Part shown: piece by piece, positions 28,591 through 38,483 of the stretch | How the letters are laid out: each line of letters begins with the position of its first letter | How positions within the stretch are numbered: position 1 is the first letter of the stretch | Assembly: GCA_900696645.1 (NCBI GenBank) | Contig: CAADGV010000007.1 | Span: 195,029-259,028 of the forward strand | Reading direction: 5' to 3' | DNA: 64,000 nt | DNA from: an uncultured Chlorobiota bacterium | Lineage (GTDB): Bacteria; Bacteroidota; Ignavibacteria; UBA10030; UBA6906 | Notes under the pieces: generated by a model | The model's database searches: none | Seen by the model: only the letters and a program-made list of their open reading frames with translations | Told to the model about the DNA's origin: nothing | Made by a program: the position numbers and the translations under genes

Positions 28591-29666
28591 GAGCAATACA
28601 ACATACAGGTTCAGCAATTGTCGGCGGCGTTATCTCGTCGTTTATTTTCATCGCCATTGGCGGGCGCTTTGCAATGCATGTGCTTGCGCTCTTCACACAT
28701 CAACCGCTGACGTTCAGCATCGAAGGGACAATTGCAGCATTGGTGTTTTCGACATCGATTGGCGTCATAGGTGGAATCCTGTTCAGTCTGGTCGGTCGTC
28801 ATTTACCCGGCTCTCAGGCGTCGAAAGGGGGGTATTTTGGACTATTGCTTTTCATTGTTCTTATACCGATGTTGCCAGCCCCAATTCAGGAGGACGCGCT
28901 TTCGCTTGGCAGATACATTCCGCTGGCAATCACAATCTTTGGACTTCTTCTCATGGGTTTCGGTGCAACGCTTTCGTTCCTGCACCGGAAGCTCGGCAGT
29001 GTACAAATGAGCCGGCACTCACACCCGGTCACACAGAACCCGGAGCAATCCGTCATTCACTTTTCCAATAACAATATGGAGGATTCCATGAAAGTCTCAC
29101 GCACCGCTGTTGTGTGCATTGTAGCGTTTGTTCTTCTCGCGCAAGCATCTTCGTCTGCGCAACAGAAGTCTGCCGAAGACAAGAAACTGATTCAACGAGG
29201 CGAATACCTCGTTACTCTGGGTGGATGTAATGATTGTCATACACCCAAGAAAATGGGGCCGCATGGCCCGGTGCTTGATGAATCACGACTTCTCTCTGGT
29301 CAACCTGCACACGAACCAATCCCTGAAATTCCGCAGGGCGTTCTCGCTCCGGATAAGTGGATGGCAGTCACCAACGGGCACCTGGCAGCATGGGCGGGTC
29401 CTTGGGGTGTCAGCTTTGCACGTAATCTCACGCCCGATGTCGAAACAGGGCTCGGCAGCTGGACTGAGGCGATGTTCATCAAAACGTTGCGAACGGGCAA
29501 GCAAATGGGAGAAGGCCGTCCGATTTTACCCCCAATGCCGTGGGAAAACTTCGCCAAGCTTACGGATGCAGACTTGAAAGCCATCTTCGCATATCTCAAA
29601 TCATTGCCGCCGGTTCGCAACAGCGTGCATGACCCGATTCCCCCGGCCGGGGCTGACCACAAATAA
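28584..29666 (+). CDS. Four-TM membrane protein reading in frame into cytochrome c (no stop between them)
   Basis: ATG 28584 followed by four hydrophobic segments; frame stays open to 29666. Confidence 0.55.
   Translation: MLRAIQHTGSAIVGGVISSFIFIAIGGRFAMHVLALFTHQPLTFSIEGTIAALVFSTSIGVIGGILFSLVGRHLPGSQASKGGYFGLLLFIVLIPMLPAPIQEDALSLGRYIPLAITIFGLLLMGFGATLSFLHRKLGSVQMSRHSHPVTQNPEQSVIHFSNNNMEDSMKVSRTAVVCIVAFVLLAQASSSAQQKSAEDKKLIQRGEYLVTLGGCNDCHTPKKMGPHGPVLDESRLLSGQPAHEPIPEIPQGVLAPDKWMAVTNGHLAAWAGPWGVSFARNLTPDVETGLGSWTEAMFIKTLRTGKQMGEGRPILPPMPWENFAKLTDADLKAIFAYLKSLPPVRNSVHDPIPPAGADHK
29088..29666 (+). CDS. Periplasmic c-type cytochrome
   Basis: Own SD GGAGG and signal peptide; CNDCH heme motif; NLTPDVETGLGSW and PPMPW (axial Met). 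Confidence 0.88.
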   Translation: MKVSRTAVVCIVAFVLLAQASSSAQQKSAEDKKLIQRGEYLVTLGGCNDCHTPKKMGPHGPVLDESRLLSGQPAHEPIPEIPQGVLAPDKWMAVTNGHLAAWAGPWGVSFARNLTPDVETGLGSWTEAMFIKTLRTGKQMGEGRPILPPMPWENFAKLTDADLKAIFAYLKSLPPVRNSVHDPIPPAGADHK

Positions 29667-29670
29667 ACGA

Positions 29671-30510
29671 ATGATGCTTGACATGAAAGCAGGAAACATT
29701 CAGCGACGAACCACCGTTCTTTTGGCTGCAGGCGTTGCGATTACCGTCAATCTCTTTGCTGCTCAACCGTACAAGGCGATTGTAGTGAAGGAGGGAGGGA
29801 CGATTTCCGGTGTTGTTCGATTACTGGGAAAGGCGCCGAGGCTGGGCTTCGATATCACGAAAGACAACGACTGGTGCGGGACGACGAAGAAGTCGCCGCG
29901 CCTTGTGGTTGGAGAAGAAAACGGCGTTGCCAACACCGTAATTTCGATAGAGGGGATTGTCGAAGGGAAGAAGCACGTCTCCGGCGGGAAGTATGTTCTC
30001 GACCAGAGGAAATGTGAATACGTTCCGCATGCTCTGCTGCTTCCAATGGGTTCGCCGCTGGAGATTGTGAACAGCGACGCCGTTCTTCACAACGTGCATA
30101 CGTATGAAGGCAACGGGCGGACGGTTTTCAATATCGCCCAGCCGATAAAAGGTGTTCGCTTTCCCGTGAAGGCTTCACAATTTGCTGTGCCGGGTGCGTA
30201 CCACGCAACTTGCGATGCGGGCCATCCCTGGATGAGTGCTTACGTAATTGCGATGGAGCATCCCTATTATGCAATTACAGATGCGAATGGGAAATTCGAA
30301 CTGAAAGATGTTCCTCCCGGAACGTACAAACTCACGATGTGGCACGAGGGAGTGAATGTTGCCCGAACCGAATGGGATGGCAAGAAAGCGAAGGCCTACT
30401 ACTACGAACCTCCGTATGAGGAAATCCGGGAAGTTGTTGTTCAGCCCAATGGGAATATCTTGGTTGACTTCATGCTGGAATTGAGACCTGCAGCAATAGT
30501 GAAGAATTAG
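29671..30510 (+). CDS. Secreted cupredoxin-like + carboxypeptidase-regulatory-like domain protein
   Basis: LDQRKCEYVPH, NSDAVLHNVH, CDAGHPWM and TDANGKFELKDVPPGTY. Confidence 0.78.
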   Translation: MMLDMKAGNIQRRTTVLLAAGVAITVNLFAAQPYKAIVVKEGGTISGVVRLLGKAPRLGFDITKDNDWCGTTKKSPRLVVGEENGVANTVISIEGIVEGKKHVSGGKYVLDQRKCEYVPHALLLPMGSPLEIVNSDAVLHNVHTYEGNGRTVFNIAQPIKGVRFPVKASQFAVPGAYHATCDAGHPWMSAYVIAMEHPYYAITDANGKFELKDVPPGTYKLTMWHEGVNVARTEWDGKKAKAYYYEPPYEEIREVVVQPNGNILVDFMLELRPAAIVKN

Positions 30511-30535
30511 AGCTTTCCGTACAGATTTGTTTATG

Positions 30536-30568
30536 AAGGCACTTCACCGTTTGTGTGGGTGCCTTTTC
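30536..30568 (+). terminator. Intrinsic terminator
   Basis: aaggcac...gtgcctt stem followed by T residues. Confidence 0.6.
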
Positions 30569-30588
30569 TACTTCTATGCCTCTGATGC

Positions 30589-30758
30589 TTGACGAAATGT
30601 CAACATCAACCGTCGTTTTTTCATTCCCCTCTGAAATCATTTCACCACTCCTCTGACGAAGTGACATCGCATGAAACTGCGGCAGATGTTGATAGCTTCA
30701 TAACCTTTTAATTTGAAGGACTTTCCCTGTTGCGGCGTGAATGGCACACGCGTTGAAT
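30589..30758 (+). promoter_or_regulatory. Putative sigma54 promoter with upstream dyads and IHF-like site
   Basis: TGGCAC-N5-TTGA (30742-30756, GG-N10-GA spacing); dyads at 30590, 30632, 30654; TAACCTTTTAATT (30701) is one mismatch from the IHF consensus. Confidence 0.65.
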
Positions 30759-30813
30759 ACTGATAGGCAGAACACCAGAATTCATCAAAACAAAAAATTC
30801 AGGAGGATCAACG

Positions 30814-31260
30814 ATGTTAGTCCAAGTACGCCGCTATCCAACCATCAATCCGCTGTTGAGCGAGATCGCCGATTTCGAACGCCAGGTGGCAAAGGTGTTT
30901 GATAGTTTTCTTTCGGGCGAGGCGCAAGTCAGCCGGTCCTATGCTCCGCCGATGGATATTGTCGAGAACGACAACGAGACGCTTGTCGTTACAGCGCTTT
31001 CCGGTATGAGCAAAGACGACGTGAAGATTTCGGTTGAGAACGACATTCTTACCATCTCCGGCACACGCAAGGAAAATCAACTGCCCGAAAAAGCCCGGTG
31101 GGTAAGGAATGAAATCCGGACAGGCCAATTCACACGCTCAATCCGCCTGCCGAAAGGAACGGATTCAGGAAAAATCTCAGCCGAGATGAACGACGGCCTG
31201 TTGAAGATCGTGTTGCCGAAGGCCGAGGAAGTGAAACCGCGTGAAATTCGTGTCCAATAA
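30814..31260 (+). CDS. Hsp20/alpha-crystallin small heat-shock protein 1
   Basis: PPMDIVE, LTISG, FTRSIRLP, AEMNDGLL.I.LPK and C-terminal IRV. Confidence 0.93.
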   Translation: MLVQVRRYPTINPLLSEIADFERQVAKVFDSFLSGEAQVSRSYAPPMDIVENDNETLVVTALSGMSKDDVKISVENDILTISGTRKENQLPEKARWVRNEIRTGQFTRSIRLPKGTDSGKISAEMNDGLLKIVLPKAEEVKPREIRVQ

Positions 31261-31286
31261 GATTGCGAAAGAAAGGAGGAAACCAT

Positions 31287-31682
31287 ATGTCAACCAACAA
31301 TGATGTCACAGTCGTGCAGCAGGATAACACAGCGATGATCCGAAAGCCCGACCCGGTTGCGACCGTCACGCCGCTGGCTGACATCTACGAGACGCCCGAC
31401 GCGTACGTGTTGCTGCTCGACATGCCGGGAGCAACGAAGGACTCGATCAGCATAACGATGGATCAATCAACCCTCGTGATTCGGGCGAGTGTTGAAGGCT
31501 ATGTAAGAGAAAACGCGACGCTTCTGTTCAACGAAATCCCCGGCGTTGGTTTTCAACGGACATTCAACCTCACCGACGGCATTGACCGTGACAATGTGGA
31601 CGCACGATACGAAAACGGCGTGCTGATGGTGAAGTTGCTGAAGAAAGAAGAATTGAAACCGCGAGAAATCCGGATTCAATAA
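31287..31682 (+). CDS. Hsp20 small heat-shock protein 2
   Basis: PLADIYET, DMPG, FQRTF, ARYENGVL, IRI; SD AAGGAGG. Confidence 0.92.
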   Translation: MSTNNDVTVVQQDNTAMIRKPDPVATVTPLADIYETPDAYVLLLDMPGATKDSISITMDQSTLVIRASVEGYVRENATLLFNEIPGVGFQRTFNLTDGIDRDNVDARYENGVLMVKLLKKEELKPREIRIQ

Positions 31683-31736
31683 CCGGTAATCACATTCACA
31701 GTATAACACACTACACAATCAGGAAGGAGGCTTATT

Positions 31737-32207
31737 ATGTCACTCGTACGTTGGAACCCGGTTCGCGATTTAGCGACCTTTCCTTCTGACATTGTAAGCA
31801 TGCAGAAGGAGATCAATCACATGTTCGACCGCTTCTTCCGGGGCGGTACGCTGGAGGAAGGCGACATTATGCCGACCACGTGGCTGCCCGCGGTCGACCT
31901 CGTTGAGAAGGACAACGAGTTTGTTGCCAAAGTGGAACTTCCCGGCGTCAACAAAGACGATGTGAAGATTACGCTGCAGGAAAACATTCTCACCATCAGG
32001 GGCGAGAAGAAGGAAGAGAAGGAAACAAAAGAATCCAGCTATCATCGTCTCGAACGAAGCTACGGCTCATTCCAGAGATCCTTCACGCTTCCGACAACGG
32101 TCAAGGCCGACAAAGTCGAAGCACAGTACAAGGATGGCATCCTGACGATCAACCTGCCTAAAGCCGAAGAGGCGAAGCGCAAGCAGATCGAGGTGAAGGT
32201 TCGGTAA
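31737..32207 (+). CDS. Hsp20 small heat-shock protein 3
   Basis: WLPAVDLVE, ELPGV, ERSYGSFQRSFTLP, YKDGIL, IEV. Confidence 0.95.
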   Translation: MSLVRWNPVRDLATFPSDIVSMQKEINHMFDRFFRGGTLEEGDIMPTTWLPAVDLVEKDNEFVAKVELPGVNKDDVKITLQENILTIRGEKKEEKETKESSYHRLERSYGSFQRSFTLPTTVKADKVEAQYKDGILTINLPKAEEAKRKQIEVKVR

Positions 32208-32243
32208 CGCGTGAAGCGCAAAGGCCGCTAACTACATAGCAAC

Positions 32244-32298
32244 AACGGGCATCGATGCTGGTTATGGTGGGATTGCATCGGTTGCCCGTTTGTTTGTC
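32244..32298 (+). terminator. Long hairpin/terminator between the hsp20 genes and lon
   Basis: aacgggca-tcgatgc / gcatcggt-tgcccgtt stem followed by tgtttgt. Confidence 0.55.
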
Positions 32299-32382
32299 TG
32301 TAACGTCGACGGCAAATTGAAAGAAACGAATTAAATCAGGAAGATGTTTCAAGCAGTGAAGACCCATTGAAAGGCTGAAGCA

Positions 32383-34758
32383 ATGAAGAAAACACAAGTC
32401 CCGCAGGCTCTGGCGGTATTACCACTCCGAAATTCGGTGTTTTTCCCGGGGCAAATCATGCCGTTGTCAGTTGGACGGGAAAGCAGCATCCGCGTAATCG
32501 AGGAGGCGCTCAAAGATGACGGGCACATCGTCATCGTTGCCCAAACAGACGGAAGCATCGAGAAGCCGACGGAGAAGGATATTCACTGGGTGGGAACCCT
32601 CGCCAAAGTACTGAAGCAATTCACCCTTGCCGACGGCACGCGCAGTGTACTGATGCAAGGGATTGAACGCGTACAGCTTCTTTCCATCTTGCATGCTGAA
32701 CCGTATCTCCGAGCCGTTGTCCGTTCCGTTGAGGAAACGACAGAGGCCGGTATGGAAATCGACGCAATGGCGACAAACATCAAAAGTCTCTTCAAGAAAG
32801 TCGTCGAACTCTCGCCGAATCTGAGTGAAGAACACCTTACAGTCATTTTGAACACTGAAGATCATAGCGTAATGGTCGACAGCGCGACATCGATGCTGCC
32901 GGTTTCTGTCGAGGAGAAACAAAAAATTCTGGAGACATTCGATCTTCGGAAGCGACTTGAAGAATTGACGCTCGTTCTCACAACGTTTGTTCAGAAGCTT
33001 GAGCTGGGGAGCAAAATCCAGTCTGAAGTTCAGGACGGCATTAATAAAACTCAGCGGGAGTATTATTTGCGCGAGCAGCTGAAGGCCATCAAAAAAGAGT
33101 TGGGAGAGGATGATGAAGGCGTCGAACTGACCGAGCTTCGCAAGCGTATCGATGATGCCCATCTTCCCGAAGAGGCGTTGAAAGTTGCTGAAAAAGAACT
33201 GAAGCGCCTCTCGCAAATGAACCAGGCCTCAGCCGAATATACTGTCAGCAGAACGTATCTTGATTGGATTCTCGACTTGCCGTGGAGTGTGAGTACTGAA
33301 GACAATCTCGACATCAAGAAGGCGAAGGAAGTTCTCGAAAATGATCACTACGGTTTGGATAAAGTGAAGAAGAGAATTCTGGAGTATCTCGCCGTTCGGA
33401 AGTTGAAGAACGATATGCGCGGCCCCATTCTTGTGTTCGTCGGCCCGCCGGGTGTCGGCAAAACCTCCCTTGGCCGCTCGATTGCGAATGCGCTCGGCAG
33501 GAAGTTCGTCCGCATTTCGCTCGGCGGCGTGCATGATGAAGCGGAAATTCGCGGACACCGGAGAACCTATATCGGGGCGTTACCCGGCAGGATTATTCAA
33601 GGACTCCGCAAGGCCGGCTCCAACAATCCCGTTTTCATGCTCGACGAAGTAGATAAGGTGGGAAATGATTTCCGCGGCGACCCGTCGGCGGCTTTGCTTG
33701 AAGTTCTTGATCCGGAACAGAACTCGACATTCAGCGACCACTACCTTGAGATACCTTTCGATCTCTCAAAAGTCATGTTCATAGCAACGGCCAACATGAT
33801 CGAACCGGTACCTCCGGCGTTGCGCGACAGAATGGAGATTATTGACATTCCAAGCTATGTCGAGGACGAGAAGCTTCATATTGCAAAACGATTTCTTTTA
33901 CCGAAGCAGGCGAAAGAGCACGGGCTGCAACTTGAACAGTTTGAAGTGACAGATGATGCCATGCGGGGAATTATCTCGGGCTACACACGTGAAGCAGGCG
34001 TTCGGAATCTCGAACGAAAAATAGCCACGGTCGCCCGCGGCGTTGCAAAGGATGTCGCCGAAGGGACGATAACGAAAGCTACCGTTGGCAAAGACAATCT
34101 TACCAAATATCTCGGACAGCAGAAGTTCTTTCCCGATGTTGCCGAGCGCATCAATCGTCCGGGTATCGCCGTCGGGCTTGCCTGGACTCCTGTAGGCGGA
34201 GACATTCTCTTCATCGAGGCTACAAAGATGAAAGGGAAGGGAAATCTCACACTCACCGGTCAACTTGGTGACGTGATGAAAGAATCGGTGCAGGCAGCGA
34301 TGAGTTTCATTTCATCTCACGCAAAAGAACTCGGGTTGGATGAGAATTTCCGGAATGAAACCGATATTCACGTCCACGTTCCCGCGGGCGCAATCCCGAA
34401 AGACGGCCCGTCCGCCGGGGTGACAATGTTGACGGCATTGACATCGCTTCTTACGGATCGTTTGGTTCGAAACGATCTTGCAATGACAGGAGAGATAACG
34501 CTGCGAGGAGCCGTGCTGCCGATCGGCGGAGTGAAGGAAAAAGTAATCGCAGCGAATCGTGCAGGCATCAGAACTGTTCTGCTGCCGGAGCGCAACAAGC
34601 TCGACCTTGATGATGTTCCGAAGAGCGCGTTGGAAGGCATGACGTTCCATTTCGTGAAAGAGATGGCGGATGTGCTGAAGCTTGCACTCCTTTCCAAAGA
34701 AGATTCAGAAAGGAACCGGATGGGAGAGTTCAGTCTCGATGCCGTAGCCATGAACTGA
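32383..34758 (+). CDS. lon: ATP-dependent protease La
   Basis: LPLRN N-domain, GPPGVGKTS Walker [15 protein letters not shown] catalytic Ser, GGVKEK. Confidence 0.97.
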   Translation: MKKTQVPQALAVLPLRNSVFFPGQIMPLSVGRESSIRVIEEALKDDGHIVIVAQTDGSIEKPTEKDIHWVGTLAKVLKQFTLADGTRSVLMQGIERVQLLSILHAEPYLRAVVRSVEETTEAGMEIDAMATNIKSLFKKVVELSPNLSEEHLTVILNTEDHSVMVDSATSMLPVSVEEKQKILETFDLRKRLEELTLVLTTFVQKLELGSKIQSEVQDGINKTQREYYLREQLKAIKKELGEDDEGVELTELRKRIDDAHLPEEALKVAEKELKRLSQMNQASAEYTVSRTYLDWILDLPWSVSTEDNLDIKKAKEVLENDHYGLDKVKKRILEYLAVRKLKNDMRGPILVFVGPPGVGKTSLGRSIANALGRKFVRISLGGVHDEAEIRGHRRTYIGALPGRIIQGLRKAGSNNPVFMLDEVDKVGNDFRGDPSAALLEVLDPEQNSTFSDHYLEIPFDLSKVMFIATANMIEPVPPALRDRMEIIDIPSYVEDEKLHIAKRFLLPKQAKEHGLQLEQFEVTDDAMRGIISGYTREAGVRNLERKIATVARGVAKDVAEGTITKATVGKDNLTKYLGQQKFFPDVAERINRPGIAVGLAWTPVGGDILFIEATKMKGKGNLTLTGQLGDVMKESVQAAMSFISSHAKELGLDENFRNETDIHVHVPAGAIPKDGPSAGVTMLTALTSLLTDRLVRNDLAMTGEITLRGAVLPIGGVKEKVIAANRAGIRTVLLPERNKLDLDDVPKSALEGMTFHFVKEMADVLKLALLSKEDSERNRMGEFSLDAVAMN

Positions 34759-34787
34759 GAACCCGGGCGTTTCCCGTCGGAGAAAAT

Positions 34788-34822
34788 GAAAGGCGCCAGC
34801 CGAGGGGATGGCGCCTTTTTCT
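34788..34822 (+). terminator. Intrinsic terminator after lon
   Basis: aaaggcgcca / tggcgccttt stem followed by T residues. Confidence 0.8.
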
Positions 34823-34848
34823 ATTCCTTGTGTACCCGCGCTAACTCG

Positions 34849-34877
34849 TTGACTTTCACCCCTTAGTTTCGTACAAT
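34849..34877 (+). promoter_or_regulatory. Sigma70 promoter for the sppA operon
   Basis: TTGACT-17 nt-TACAAT. Confidence 0.7.
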
Positions 34878-34922
34878 GCTGTGTAAAATAATCACTTACA
34901 GCACTTCACTCTCTTCTCTGAA

Positions 34923-35831
34923 ATGTCAAAATCGACAAAGTGGTTTCTGCTTATCTTTTCCATGCTGGTGGTCGTGGGCGTTGTGTTCACATTCCTGTTC
35001 TATTCAGCAATCAGGTCGGTGAGTGACGGTTCAAAGGAGGTTGTTACCGTTGGGCGCGGAGCCAAACTTGCACTCGTGGAACTTGTCGGCGAAATCCGAT
35101 CCTCCGAAGATATTATCAGGCAACTGAAGAAGTACCGTGAAGACTCATCCATTAAAGGAATTCTCCTTCGTATTGATTCCCCGGGCGGAGCAGTTGTTCC
35201 GAGCCAGGAAATGTATGAAGAAGTTCGCAAGACCCGCGACGTGAAACCCGTTGTTGTTTCGATGGGGTCACTTGCTGCGAGCGGCGGATACTACGTGGCA
35301 GTCGGTGCCACAAAACTCGTTGCAAATCGCGGCACACTTACAGGAAGCATTGGTGTGATTGCTGAGTTCCTGCAAGTGCAGGAAGCGATGAAGAAGTTGG
35401 GCGTTGATATCAAGACTGTGAAATCGGGGAAGTTGAAGGATGCTGGCACACCGGTGCGCAACATGTCCGCCGAAGCGGAGAAGTATTTTCAATGGCTGCT
35501 GGATGATGTACACCGGCAGTTCGTTACCGTTGTTGAGCAGGAACGGAAACTGAAGCACTCCGATGCCCTTGCCCTTTCAGATGGACGTGTGTACACGGGC
35601 GAACAGGCAATCGAGTTGGGTTTGGTCGACACACTTGGAACATACGAAGATGCCGTGCGGATCGCCGCAGAGCTTTCCGGCATTGACGGCGATCCGGCCA
35701 TTGTAAAGGAGCGGGAGAAGAAGAAATTCTTTGACAGAATGTTTGGAGATGTCGGCGAAAGCATTTCGGATATCAAAGAGGCGATCTTACAGAAGCCGAT
35801 TATGTCGTATCGCTTCATTGGACCTTTTTGA
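34923..35831 (+). CDS. sppA: Signal peptide peptidase SppA (S49, 36K type)
   Basis: N-terminal TM; RIDSPGG, AASGGYY, TGSIGV, DGRVYTG. Confidence 0.93.
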   Translation: MSKSTKWFLLIFSMLVVVGVVFTFLFYSAIRSVSDGSKEVVTVGRGAKLALVELVGEIRSSEDIIRQLKKYREDSSIKGILLRIDSPGGAVVPSQEMYEEVRKTRDVKPVVVSMGSLAASGGYYVAVGATKLVANRGTLTGSIGVIAEFLQVQEAMKKLGVDIKTVKSGKLKDAGTPVRNMSAEAEKYFQWLLDDVHRQFVTVVEQERKLKHSDALALSDGRVYTGEQAIELGLVDTLGTYEDAVRIAAELSGIDGDPAIVKEREKKKFFDRMFGDVGESISDIKEAILQKPIMSYRFIGPF

Positions 35832-35888
35832 GTTGTTACGTAGAAACCAAGAACGTTATTTCATCACCACAATACAGGAGGGTTTGAG

Positions 35889-36197
35889 TTGACCAAAGCC
35901 GATATTGTTGACCGCATTGCGACAGGAACAGGTCTGACCAAAGTCGATACAGAAGCGGTGGTGGATGGTTTCATCCTGACCGTGATTGACGCAATGAAGG
36001 AGGGGAAGAATATCGAGATTCGCGGGTTCGGAAGTTTCAAAGTCAAGAAGCGCAAGGGGCGTGTGGCGCGCAATCCTCGAACCGGTGAGCAAGTCATGGT
36101 TGACGAACACTGGGTGCCGCTCTTCAAAGTGTCGAAAGAAGTAAAACAGGCTGTGAACGAAAACCTCTCGAAAATGCCCCAAGTGTCCGGAGGGTGA
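35889..36197 (+). CDS. HU/IHF-family DNA-binding protein
   Basis: MTKADIV, IRGFGSF, ARNPRTG; TTG start with SD AGGAGG. Confidence 0.93.
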   Translation: MTKADIVDRIATGTGLTKVDTEAVVDGFILTVIDAMKEGKNIEIRGFGSFKVKKRKGRVARNPRTGEQVMVDEHWVPLFKVSKEVKQAVNENLSKMPQVSGG

Positions 36198-36200
36198 TGA

Positions 36201-37112
36201 ATGGCGGAGGCAGTCATGGTGTGTCCGGAGTGCAAGAGCAAGTTATCACCTTCCGATAAGTTCTGCCCGCAATGCGGTGCCAAGGTCATAGTCGGGGTTG
36301 AGAATGCAACACCTCAGGCGGCATCAGCAATGTTGACGTGTGAAGTGTGCGGACATGAAAACAGGCATAGCGGTTCGTTCTGTGAAGCGTGCGGTGTCAA
36401 ATTGCCACGGGCTGTAGCCTCCCCAGTGATACAGTCCCCGCAGAAACCTGAACTCCCGCCAATCTCCAAGACTCCAGTCAAGCGATCAGTGCCTTCCGTT
36501 GAGTTGCAGGCGCGACACTATGTCGGCATTGCGTTGTTGGTTGTCGTAGTCGGAGTATTCGTGTACATGGAGATACAGCGCGAAGTTCCGCAGCAAACAA
36601 CCCAAACTTCCTCGCCGGTGCAACAATCGGCATCCCAAACCGAGCATGCCAAGGAGATCCTCGCGACTGTCGAAAGGCTGCAACGTACCGTCAGCGAAAA
36701 CCCGAATGATATCGGCTCGAAGTTGCTTCTGGCAAACGCGCTGCATGATGGCGCAATGCACGACGCCAGTCTCCTGCCCCGCGCGATTGATGCATACAAA
36801 GCCTACCTAAAGGAAAAACCCGACGATCCGAATGCGAAGGTGGATTTGGGAATCTGCTATTTTGAGCTTGGCAAGATCGATTCGTTGCATTCCGCGAGGT
36901 TCTATGCGATGGCTATTGACGAGATGCTCTCTGCGGTGAAAAGCTCGCCTTCACATCAAGCCGGTGCGTTCAATCTCGGTATTGTGTATTTGTTCTCAGG
37001 GAACTTGCCGGAGTCGAACAGGTGGTTCAAGAAGGCAGCAGATTTGAATCCGGAATCAGAGTTGGGCAGACGAGCGAAGGCAATATTGGAACAACACAGA
37101 CAAGCAGGTTAA
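36201..37112 (+). CDS. Double zinc-ribbon + TM + TPR protein
   Basis: CPEC/CPQC and CEVC/CEAC pairs, central TM, TPR-like helices. Confidence 0.82.
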   Translation: MAEAVMVCPECKSKLSPSDKFCPQCGAKVIVGVENATPQAASAMLTCEVCGHENRHSGSFCEACGVKLPRAVASPVIQSPQKPELPPISKTPVKRSVPSVELQARHYVGIALLVVVVGVFVYMEIQREVPQQTTQTSSPVQQSASQTEHAKEILATVERLQRTVSENPNDIGSKLLLANALHDGAMHDASLLPRAIDAYKAYLKEKPDDPNAKVDLGICYFELGKIDSLHSARFYAMAIDEMLSAVKSSPSHQAGAFNLGIVYLFSGNLPESNRWFKKAADLNPESELGRRAKAILEQHRQAG

Positions 37113-37141
37113 ATCAGCATCTTTCTACGAAAGGAGGTCGA

Positions 37142-37237
37142 ATGCCGAGCGGCAAAAAGCGCAAGCGCCACAAAATGGCAACGCACAAGCGCAAGAAGCG
37201 GCTGCGCAAACAGCGTCACAAGAAGAAGAATCGTTAG
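37142..37237 (+). CDS. Small basic ribosomal protein bS22 (AURKAIP1/COX24 type)
   Basis: MPSGKKRKRHKMATHKRKKRLRKQRHKKKNR; SD AAGGAGG. Confidence 0.9.
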   Translation: MPSGKKRKRHKMATHKRKKRLRKQRHKKKNR

Positions 37238-37245
37238 GCCGCCAC

Positions 37246-37280
37246 AATCCCGCCACTACCCGGCGGGATTTGTTTTTTTG
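37246..37280 (+). terminator. Intrinsic terminator
   Basis: aatcccgcc / ggcgggatt stem followed by tgttttttt. Confidence 0.85.
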
Positions 37281-37404
37281 GTGAACAGATTGTACACGAT
37301 GGGGAGCAGGATCGGGCGATTTTGTTGCTTTTTTTCGACGAAGTTTATATCATGAAAACAAGTTCAAAAGGCATTTTTATCATACTTTGTTGGTGGAGGC
37401 TGTG

Positions 37405-37800
37405 ATGGCTGATAACAACGGAACCACAAAAGGATTCATTTTCGGATTGTTGGCGGGAAGCGCCATTGGCGCCATGCTTGCCCTCCTTTACGCGCCCAAA
37501 AGCGGTAGAGAGCTGCGCGCAGATATCAAGGCGAAAACCGATGAGCTGATTGATGATGCGGAAGGAATGGTAGAGAGGGCGAGAACAAAAATTCCCGAGA
37601 TTGCCAGTGAAGCCAAGAAACGCTCGGAGCGGGTGATTTCGGATGCAAAATCACAAGCAGACACCCTGATGCACGATGCCGACCGCGTGCTGACAAATGT
37701 GAAGCAGCGCTCTTCCTCAATCATCGACGAGAGTATCAAAGTGAAGGATGCTGTAAAGGCGGGAGTTGACGCATTCAAGCAGGAGCGCAACCGCTCGTAA
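37405..37800 (+). CDS. YtxH-domain protein
   Basis: GLLAGSAIGAMLALLYAPKSGRELR. Confidence 0.9.
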   Translation: MADNNGTTKGFIFGLLAGSAIGAMLALLYAPKSGRELRADIKAKTDELIDDAEGMVERARTKIPEIASEAKKRSERVISDAKSQADTLMHDADRVLTNVKQRSSSIIDESIKVKDAVKAGVDAFKQERNRS

Positions 37801-37824
37801 TCCAACAAGCAAAGGAACTACTCT

Positions 37825-38211
37825 TTGGAAACTGCACTCTTGATTGCTCAATTGGTGGCGCTTGTCGCGGTAACCGCAGTGTGTATCTTTCTCATCCTGG
37901 TTCTCATTCGCGTGCGGGAAATGCTGACCAAGATTGAGCGTGATATTTCGGCGGTGACCGAGCGGACGATGCCTGTTCTCGAGAACATCGATTATATTTC
38001 TTCGCGTGTCAAGAACATCACCGACAACATTGACGATCAGGTGTTGATGGTACGCGAGTCGATGGGCTCAATCAGGGAAATCGCTGACAATATCGTGTCG
38101 CTGGAGCGGCAGGTACAATCACGGATTGAAGGCCCCATTCTTGATACTGTGGCTCTAATCGCGGCACTCGTCAAGGGCGTGAAAGCATTCACATCCCGCC
38201 TTCGAGCGTAA
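37825..38211 (+). CDS. DUF948-family membrane protein
   Basis: N-terminal TM plus coiled coil; usual partner of YtxH. Confidence 0.75.
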   Translation: METALLIAQLVALVAVTAVCIFLILVLIRVREMLTKIERDISAVTERTMPVLENIDYISSRVKNITDNIDDQVLMVRESMGSIREIADNIVSLERQVQSRIEGPILDTVALIAALVKGVKAFTSRLRA

Positions 38212-38240
38212 CCTCTGTTCGCAAGACAGGGGTTTTTTGT
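38210..38240 (+). terminator. Intrinsic terminator
   Basis: aacctctgt / acaggggtt stem followed by a T-tract. Confidence 0.7.
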
Positions 38241-38483
38241 TCTTTGTAAGAATCTTGTTACCAACTCTCCGATTCTCTACACCGGGCAATACGAGTGGAT
38301 TTTCAAGAGCGAACCATCGTGGTTGATAAGGGAAACACTTCTTTGTTTCGGTTTCACTTCACTTCTTCACCCCGAGGCAGAACGGCTATGGAGCGCCGGC
38401 GTGTGCCGGATTCCAGAAGCGAAGTCATTTTTCACTCGAACATCATATCATAACATCTCCTTATTGGAGGCACGGAAATATCT

